A DNA stretch of 40,870 nucleotides from an uncultured Syntrophorhabdaceae bacterium (GTDB lineage Bacteria; Desulfobacterota; Syntrophorhabdia; Syntrophorhabdales; Syntrophorhabdaceae). The translations under genes were made by a program, and so were the position numbers. A model generated the notes under the pieces. That model searched no databases. It was given only the letters and a program-made list of their open reading frames with translations, and had not been told where the DNA came from. The stretch lies in contig CAZJOP010000001.1 in assembly GCA_964547695.1 (NCBI GenBank), positions 1-40,870 of the forward strand. Direction: 5' to 3'. Shown piece by piece: positions 16,756 to 22,721 of the stretch. How positions within the stretch are numbered: position 1 is the first letter of the stretch; each line of letters begins with the position of its first letter.

Positions 16756-18162
16756 TTAAAATCTTTCGAATTTTAGTCCGTCTATACCTTCATAAACAAT
16801 ATCCATATCCAGTGATGTCTTTGCAATCCTCCTGACCAATGCTTTTTTGTTTATCTTGAGGTCTTTTGTCACCTTCAAAAAACATCTCATCCTGTCAGTA
16901 TGTCTTATATACTCCGGTATTGTGGTATTTAGCTGGATAAACATATGTATTAAATCTTTTTCGCCTACATTTTTAAAAAAGATATCCTCCATATCTAAAA
17001 GGAGAAAACTACCGTTATCTTTTACGAAAATATTGCATGCCTTAAAATCTCCATGAAAAATACTCATGTTAAAAAGACCTTTTAAAAAACTGCTTAATCT
17101 TTCGATAAAGGCGCCTCTTTCTTTCTTGTCCATTTGCCTGTAATACCTGTCCAGATACCTGTCCAGTTCTTCACCCACTCCCAATAAGTCTTCCATTGCC
17201 ATAAAGCCAGGCTCATCAGCTTGGGGCAGTTTAATGAAAAATACCGCTGGTGTCACATTAAGAGACATATAAGATAAAACAACATATGCCTCCCAGGCCT
17301 TTTTCAGTCTTCTTTTATCCCTGTAATATTTTCTGATATGGTCATCATATCGTCGCAACTCTGTCTTTTTATCTTTTTTAATAATCTCTTTGAAGATATC
17401 CTTTCTCTGCCACTGGTTGCCTTTTATGTATAAGATATCTCCTTCCCTTTTTACAATAGATGTCTCTTTGAATGCCCTCTTTTTCTTTCTCTCGATCCAA
17501 CTCATCCACATATCAATGATGGTTGATTCCACTTTCTTTCTAATTTTTAGGTTACCATAGCTTGAAAAAAATGTCTCTCTTTCATCCTCTGACAAATCCC
17601 GGTATATCATGGCAAGGCTATGGGAGATGTTGGATACCTCATCGGATACAGAAAATTGTCTTTTTATCCTCATCTTGTGGAGGTCTATAAGATAGAGGTT
17701 TTTGTCCTTAACTATAATATTATTCAGATGGAGGTCATTGTGTCTTATATTAGAGGCCTTCATTTCTCTTAAAAGCGTGGCAAGGTCTTTGATATGGCTT
17801 GTTCTGTCTATTGATTCATAAAAGGTATCTAAGAAGCTTTTTCCTGAAAGATACCTCTGAATTACAAAAGAACCTTCTTTTGAAATACCGTATCCTATGG
17901 GCTCCGGCGTTCTTATTGAAAGAGATAAAAGCCTTTTACCCATAACAAATTCTCTTTTGCCCCTCGGGTTAATCTTTCTTCTTAAAAAACCTGAAATACC
18001 CTTCTCCCTGAAAAATTTCAAAAAATATGTTTTATCCTTATTAATCTCAATGATTCTATAGTCCCTTCTATCAGTATTCTTTGGTTCAAAGGTGTTCAAA
18101 ATCTGGATAAGGGCATCCTCTTTGATATACCAATCTATTCCTTTTGCTTTAAAGTGTTTCAT
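16756..18162 (-). CDS. Tandem lipopolysaccharide-kinase (Kdo/WaaP-family) fusion protein
   Basis: Two kinase catalytic-loop signatures in one 468-aa ORF: IRHNDLHLNNIIV...LIDLH (N-half) and IFHGDFKACNIFV...LLDME (C-half). Confidence 0.6.
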   Translation of the reverse strand: MKHFKAKGIDWYIKEDALIQILNTFEPKNTDRRDYRIIEINKDKTYFLKFFREKGISGFLRRKINPRGKREFVMGKRLLSLSIRTPEPIGYGISKEGSFVIQRYLSGKSFLDTFYESIDRTSHIKDLATLLREMKASNIRHNDLHLNNIIVKDKNLYLIDLHKMRIKRQFSVSDEVSNISHSLAMIYRDLSEDERETFFSSYGNLKIRKKVESTIIDMWMSWIERKKKRAFKETSIVKREGDILYIKGNQWQRKDIFKEIIKKDKKTELRRYDDHIRKYYRDKRRLKKAWEAYVVLSYMSLNVTPAVFFIKLPQADEPGFMAMEDLLGVGEELDRYLDRYYRQMDKKERGAFIERLSSFLKGLFNMSIFHGDFKACNIFVKDNGSFLLLDMEDIFFKNVGEKDLIHMFIQLNTTIPEYIRHTDRMRCFLKVTKDLKINKKALVRRIAKTSLDMDIVYEGIDGLKFERF

Positions 18163-18185
18163 GGATTAAAAAATGGCCTTTTCAA

Positions 18186-19166
18186 CTATTCTTCCTTAAG
18201 CCACTTAATGAGTTTCGGGGCACATGCCTGAACAGTATAGCCGTTAATCACCTTTTTTCTGCCTTCCTTTCCCATGCTTATCCTTAAATCCCGGTCTTCA
18301 ATCAGTATCGATAATTTCTCAACCCAATCTCTTTTCGTCTGTGCCCAGAAGCCATTTACACCATCTTCAACTACATCCATATTTATCCCAACAGGTGTGC
18401 ATACCGTTGCTACCCCTGCCCCCATATACTGGATAATCTTATATCCGCACTTACCCATGGACCACAGGTCATTAAATAATGGCATGACACCAATATCGAG
18501 TTTTTTTAATTCTTCAACTTCTGTCTCGTATCTCCATGGGACTCTATTCAGTTTTATAAATCTTGTTTCTATGAATGTATCGCAGATTATCGTAAGCATT
18601 ACATTTTTATAGTTGTTACCAATGTCTTCCCATACATCTTTATAACTTTCCATGTAATGGATGCTGCCGTGGTCTCCTATCCATCCTATATTTACGATTT
18701 CATTTTCTCCGTATTCCTTCTGGGTATATCTATCTCCATCAATAGGTGTAGGCAACACCTTAACATTATCGTGATATTTCTGCGCCTCTTTTTTTAAAAA
18801 ATTATTTCCTGCTATAACCATGTCTGTGTATGTTAGCATTCTTTTAAAACTCAATCTTCTTCTCAATGAATAAGGGTTCTTTGCAAGGGAATTCCTGAAC
18901 ATAACGGCATCGTCAAAATCGTAGATGGTCTTCTTTTTCTTTTGTTTGAGATATAAAAGCACGGGCAGGGGCACACGTTTCCTCTGGATAAAGACTGTAT
19001 CGAAAGATTTTATACCTTTTAAGTATTCAATCCAGCCTTTAAAATCTTTTGGAAATTCTCTGACATCGTAATCTATGCCAGTTGATTGAAAAAATGGTAG
19101 ATATTGAATAACCCTGTATCTACTTGCCGCTACGTGAAAACCTTGTATTAAAAAAGATATCTTCAA
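18186..19166 (-). CDS. Glycosyltransferase (GT-B fold, GT1/GT4-like)
   Basis: C-terminal region with a GVATVCTPVG...VEDGVNGF pattern typical of GT-B sugar-nucleotide binding. Context next to the LPS kinase. Confidence 0.6.
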   Translation of the reverse strand: MKISFLIQGFHVAASRYRVIQYLPFFQSTGIDYDVREFPKDFKGWIEYLKGIKSFDTVFIQRKRVPLPVLLYLKQKKKKTIYDFDDAVMFRNSLAKNPYSLRRRLSFKRMLTYTDMVIAGNNFLKKEAQKYHDNVKVLPTPIDGDRYTQKEYGENEIVNIGWIGDHGSIHYMESYKDVWEDIGNNYKNVMLTIICDTFIETRFIKLNRVPWRYETEVEELKKLDIGVMPLFNDLWSMGKCGYKIIQYMGAGVATVCTPVGINMDVVEDGVNGFWAQTKRDWVEKLSILIEDRDLRISMGKEGRKKVINGYTVQACAPKLIKWLKEE

Positions 19167-19175
19167 GGCATGCCA

Positions 19176-19370
19176 TCACGAGAAAAATTTATCAAAAAAG
19201 GCTAACTGGTTCATCATTTTTGCTTCTTTCTTTTCATCCAATATTGCTGTTTTATTTTTCAAAAAAGGCTCCATCTCTTTTATATCCCTTACAGAGACAG
19301 AGGCGCAGCCAAAACAAATGATAAGTATAGATAAAAAAACGAGCAACTTTAAAGGCTTCATAATTAGCAC
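19176..19370 (-). CDS. Small secreted protein or lipoprotein, function unknown
   Basis: 64 aa with signal-like MKPLKLLVFLSILIICFGCAS. First gene of the minus-strand array. Confidence 0.4.
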   Translation of the reverse strand: MLIMKPLKLLVFLSILIICFGCASVSVRDIKEMEPFLKNKTAILDEKKEAKMMNQLAFFDKFFS

Positions 19371-19603
19371 CCTTTGATGTTTTTATTATCAAAAGGAGTA
19401 TAAATAAATCTTTCAAGCCCTGTCAATAGGCAAAAAACTCAACAAATATGCATCCCATGGGTTCATGGTATAAAAAATTTTATGGAAAGATAGTCTGGGA
19501 ATATATAGAATATGTGAAAAGAATTTGAAAAAATACGCAAAACATGAGGCATGATGTTAAAATGCCTTTATTAAAAGGTAACGATGTAGTTATAGGAGAT
19601 ACG

Positions 19604-20383
19604 ATGTCAGATAGTTTTAAATACATCTACGGTCCTGTGTCGTCCTGGAGGTTAGGCAGTTCCCTTGGTGTGGATCTACTGAGCCAGGAAAATAAGATCT
19701 GCAGTTTCGACTGTATTTACTGTCAACTGGGAAAGACCTATATATATGCGAAAGAAAGAAAGGTTTACATCCAAGAAAACCTTATAAAAAAAGAGATAGA
19801 GCAAATCCCTCATGACATCGACATAGATTACATCACAATCTCCGGTAGAGGCGAACCTACACTGGCACTCAATCTTGGAAAAACAATTCAGGCAATAAGA
19901 AACACAAGGAAGGAAAAGATAGCTGTTATTACAAATTCTACCCTTATAGATAGAGAGGATGTGCAGGAAGAACTGTCCTGGGCTGATTTCGTCATAGCAA
20001 AGCTCGATGCCGAATCAGAAAGGACCTTTTTAAAGATAAATAAACCTGTTAAGGGTATTACATTCGAACATGTGGTCTCAGGTCTAAAAGCATTTAAAAA
20101 AAGATTTAACGGCAAACTGGCACTTCAGATAATGTTTATCCAGGAAAATATCCAATACGCCCAAGAGATTGCAATCTTAACAAGGGAAATCCATCCCGAT
20201 GAGGTGCAGATAAATACGCCAACAAGGCCATGTGGCGCCGAACCCTTAAGCATTGAAACGCTTCTTGAGATAAAAAAACATTTTTTTAACCTCAATACCA
20301 TTTCTGTGTATGAAGGCAGAAAAAAACATGTAAAGCCCATAAGCCACAAGGAGACACTAAAAAGAAGGGGCAAGATGTTATGA
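19604..20383 (+). CDS. Radical SAM protein, family not identified
   Basis: CSFDCIYC (CX3CX2C) preceded by YGPVSSWRLGSSLGVDL. GRGEPTL glycine-rich SAM motif. ATG 19604 has an AGGAGA Shine-Dalgarno 4 nt upstream. The ORF is open from 19544. Confidence 0.75.
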   Translation: MSDSFKYIYGPVSSWRLGSSLGVDLLSQENKICSFDCIYCQLGKTYIYAKERKVYIQENLIKKEIEQIPHDIDIDYITISGRGEPTLALNLGKTIQAIRNTRKEKIAVITNSTLIDREDVQEELSWADFVIAKLDAESERTFLKINKPVKGITFEHVVSGLKAFKKRFNGKLALQIMFIQENIQYAQEIAILTREIHPDEVQINTPTRPCGAEPLSIETLLEIKKHFFNLNTISVYEGRKKHVKPISHKETLKRRGKML

Positions 20384-20841
20384 TTTCTGTCCTTGTTGTG
20401 TTTCATTCTCAGACGGGTAATACAGAAAAATTGGCCTATGGTGTGAAAAAAGGCATAGAAGATACAGAAGATGTGGAGGTGATATTTAAAAGGGCACAGG
20501 AAACCACAATAGATGACATAAGGACATCCAGTGCCATTATAATTTGTTCCCCTGAATACTTTGGATATATGGCAGGGACCATAAAAGACTTATTCGACAG
20601 GACTTACGAGGCATTAAAAGACGATAATAAGATTTATAGAAAACCATACGCAGTGGTGATAAGTGCAGGCAACGACGGCACCGGGGCATTAAACCACATA
20701 GAACGCATATTGAGGGGTTTTAAATTCAAAAAGGTCCAGAACCCCATAATATGCAAAGGAGACATAACAGATGAGACCATCACAAAATGCTACGAATTGG
20801 GTAGAACCATTGCCGAAGGTGTAAAGGCAGGGATCTTTTGA
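20380..20841 (+). CDS. Flavodoxin-fold FMN protein (flavodoxin/WrbA-like)
   Basis: VVFHSQTGNTEKLA FMN phosphate-binding loop and IICSPEYFG. 153 aa. ATGA overlap with the radical SAM gene. Confidence 0.7.
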   Translation: MISVLVVFHSQTGNTEKLAYGVKKGIEDTEDVEVIFKRAQETTIDDIRTSSAIIICSPEYFGYMAGTIKDLFDRTYEALKDDNKIYRKPYAVVISAGNDGTGALNHIERILRGFKFKKVQNPIICKGDITDETITKCYELGRTIAEGVKAGIF

Positions 20842-20863
20842 TTTCAGGGTGTTTTTTTTGATA

Positions 20864-20892
20864 TTGATTTTTAAAACAAAAACATATATTAT
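20864..20892 (+). promoter_or_regulatory. Candidate sigma-70 promoter (TTGATT-N17-TATTAT) for the yedE leader
   Basis: Hexamers at 20864-20869 and 20887-20892 with 17-nt spacing. AT-rich context makes chance matches likely. Confidence 0.3.
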
Positions 20893-20899
20893 CACATTA

Positions 20900-21129
20900 A
20901 AAGCGAGGTGAAATAATGGGAAAACCCTTTGTTCCTTTGTCCTTAATTTGAGCTTTATCAGGGCCTAGGTTAGGCCTTATAAGTGCCAGAAGGAAGGAAG
21001 GGTTATTTCTTCTGCAAAATCTCCCAACATAATCTGATATTGACTTGCCTTCCCAGAACATGCGGTTTTAAAAGAGAACATCCTTCCTCTGGTATAGCTA
21101 TATAAAAAATACCAAAAAGGAGGATAAAA
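20900..21129 (+). promoter_or_regulatory. Long 5' leader with an 11-codon uORF and alternative helices upstream of yedE/yeeE
   Basis: uORF 20916-20951 (MGKPFVPLSLI) with GAGGTG 6 nt upstream. Purine tract 20986-21002 can pair locally with 21006-21014. Alternatively it pairs (12 bp, 1 bulge) with pyrimidine tract 21081-21092, which is also partly complementary to the yedE SD at 21117-21124. Confidence 0.4.
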
Positions 21130-22227
21130 ATGTCTCGAAAAGTATTTAGCTTTTTTGCGACCCGCTGGGGTATTATTACAGTTGGTGCCATAATAGGCGT
21201 ATTAGCACCTGTTTTACAGAAACTGGGTAACCCGCCAAATATGGGAATATGCGTGGCATGCTTTGAGAGGGATATTGCCGGCGCACTGGGTCTTCATAGG
21301 GCAGCGGTTGTTCAATACATGCGTCCTGAAATAATTGGTTTCGTTTTGGGTTCCATGATTGCAGCATATATTTTTAAAGAATTCAGGGCCAGGGCAGGCT
21401 CTGCCCCTATTGTGAGGTTTATCCTCGGTGTATTTGCCATGATAGGGGGGCTTGTGTTCTTAGGATGTCCTTGGAGGGCTGCCCTTCGCCTTGCCGGCGG
21501 TGACGGTAATGCCATCTTCGGTCTTTTAGGGCTCATTGTTGGCATATGGATAGGCACCCTGTTTTTAAAAAATGGATACAACCTCGGAAGATCCCAGCCA
21601 ACATACACTACAGTTGGCTGGCTTATGCCCCTTACCATGCTCGGTTTTCTTGTCCTCATGTTAATCTTTCCACAGATTACAGGACAGGAAAAAAATGGCG
21701 TATTTTTTTACAGCATTAAGGGGCCCGGTTCAATGCATGCACCCCTTATAGTCTCTCTTATTATAGGTCTTTTTATAGGATTTTTAGCCCAGAGGAGCAG
21801 GTTCTGCACAATGGGTGCTATAAGGGATTTCATCCTTTTCAGGCAAGCACACCTGCTTCTCGGTTTTATATCCCTTATTATCTTTGCGTTTCTTACAAAC
21901 CTTGTCTTAGGGCAGTTTAACCCTGGTTTTGACAAACAACCTGTTGCCCATACAATGAGCCTTTGGAACTTTGGCGGCATGCTGCTTTCAGGTTTTGCCT
22001 TTGCCCTTGCCGGTGGATGTCCAGGAAGGCAGCTGTTTCTTGCAGGAGAGGGAGACGGTGATGCAGCGGTCTTTGTCTTCGGCATGATAGTAGGTGCCGG
22101 TATTGCCCACAATTTCGGGCTTGCCAGTTCTCCGGAAGGCGTGGGACCCTATGGTATACCTGCTGTTATCACAGGGATTTTGGTTTGCCTTTTTATAGGT
22201 TTTACCATGAGAAGACAGCTATCTTAA
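21130..22227 (+). CDS. yedE: YedE/YeeE-family sulfur/selenium-compound transport membrane protein
   Basis: Polytopic membrane protein with family-typical Cys motifs GNPPNMGICVACFERDIAGALG, LGCPWRAA, SRFCTMGAIRD and AGGCPGRQLF. Followed by a TusA-like gene. Confidence 0.8.
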   Translation: MSRKVFSFFATRWGIITVGAIIGVLAPVLQKLGNPPNMGICVACFERDIAGALGLHRAAVVQYMRPEIIGFVLGSMIAAYIFKEFRARAGSAPIVRFILGVFAMIGGLVFLGCPWRAALRLAGGDGNAIFGLLGLIVGIWIGTLFLKNGYNLGRSQPTYTTVGWLMPLTMLGFLVLMLIFPQITGQEKNGVFFYSIKGPGSMHAPLIVSLIIGLFIGFLAQRSRFCTMGAIRDFILFRQAHLLLGFISLIIFAFLTNLVLGQFNPGFDKQPVAHTMSLWNFGGMLLSGFAFALAGGCPGRQLFLAGEGDGDAAVFVFGMIVGAGIAHNFGLASSPEGVGPYGIPAVITGILVCLFIGFTMRRQLS

Positions 22228-22239
22228 AGGAGGTTTATT

Positions 22240-22458
22240 ATGAGTTCTATTGTAGACGCCAGAGGGCTTTCCTGCCCGCAACCTGTAATATTAACCATGA
22301 ATGAGATAAAAAAGGTCCAAAAAGGTGAGATTATTGTGCTTGTAGATACAGATACCTCTAAAGAGAATGTATCCCGCGCGGCAATCTCTCAGGGCTGGAC
22401 CATAAAAGAGGTGGTGCCTGAAGGAATTGGTTATAAAATTACAATCACAAAAGACTGA
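22240..22458 (+). CDS. yedF: TusA/SirA-like sulfurtransferase-fold protein (YedF/YeeD-like)
   Basis: DARGLSCPQPV active-site motif (DxxGLxCPxP). 72 aa. 12 nt after yedE. Confidence 0.8.
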   Translation: MSSIVDARGLSCPQPVILTMNEIKKVQKGEIIVLVDTDTSKENVSRAAISQGWTIKEVVPEGIGYKITITKD

Positions 22459-22511
22459 AACATTTAATAAGCATTAAAAGCAGATAAAGCCTTTAGGTTA
22501 TCAACAAATCT

Positions 22512-22559
22512 CAAGGGGGATCGGTTAAAAACATCCTTCAGGTCCCTCTTGTATTTTTT
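22512..22559 (+). terminator. Candidate intrinsic terminator after yedF
   Basis: CAAGGGGGA (22512-22520) pairs with TCCCTCTTG (22543-22551) over 9 bp including one G-U. A T6 run follows at 22554-22559. The loop is large (22 nt). Confidence 0.4.
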
Positions 22560-22663
22560 AACCCTTATCAAGGATGCCTGTATTTTATCTGCATTTTGGT
22601 TATACTGGCCTTATTTTTATTACCCCCTGTTTGCATTAAACATTTGTAAAAATTATGTTTTTA

Positions 22664-22692
22664 TTGACAAACGAAGATAAAGATTACATAAT
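22664..22692 (+). promoter_or_regulatory. Candidate sigma-70 promoter TTGACA-N17-CATAAT for the DUF748 gene
   Basis: Consensus -35 at 22664-22669, 17-nt spacer, -10 at 22687-22692, about 30 nt upstream of ATG 22722. Confidence 0.45.
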
Positions 22693-22721
22693 CTTTTAGA
22701 AAATTCTGTTATAGGATTCTT

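Noticed and set aside
21003-21191. 62-aa minus-strand ORF spanning the yedE start and leader.
   Set aside because: It overlaps the strong SD and start of yedE and has no RBS or motifs. The region is better explained as a plus-strand leader.
21312-22112. Two long antisense ORFs (115 and 134 aa, Pro/Arg/Ala-rich) opposite yedE.
   Set aside because: Their composition is the mirror image of a Gly/Ala/Leu-rich membrane protein. They have no start context or recognisable motifs, so they are typical shadow ORFs.
21130-22227. yedE looks noticeably more GC-rich than its neighbours (possible horizontal acquisition).
   Set aside because: The excess is explained by Gly/Ala/Pro-rich transmembrane composition. 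Flanking genes on the same strand show no integrase, tRNA or repeat boundaries. GC was not formally computed.
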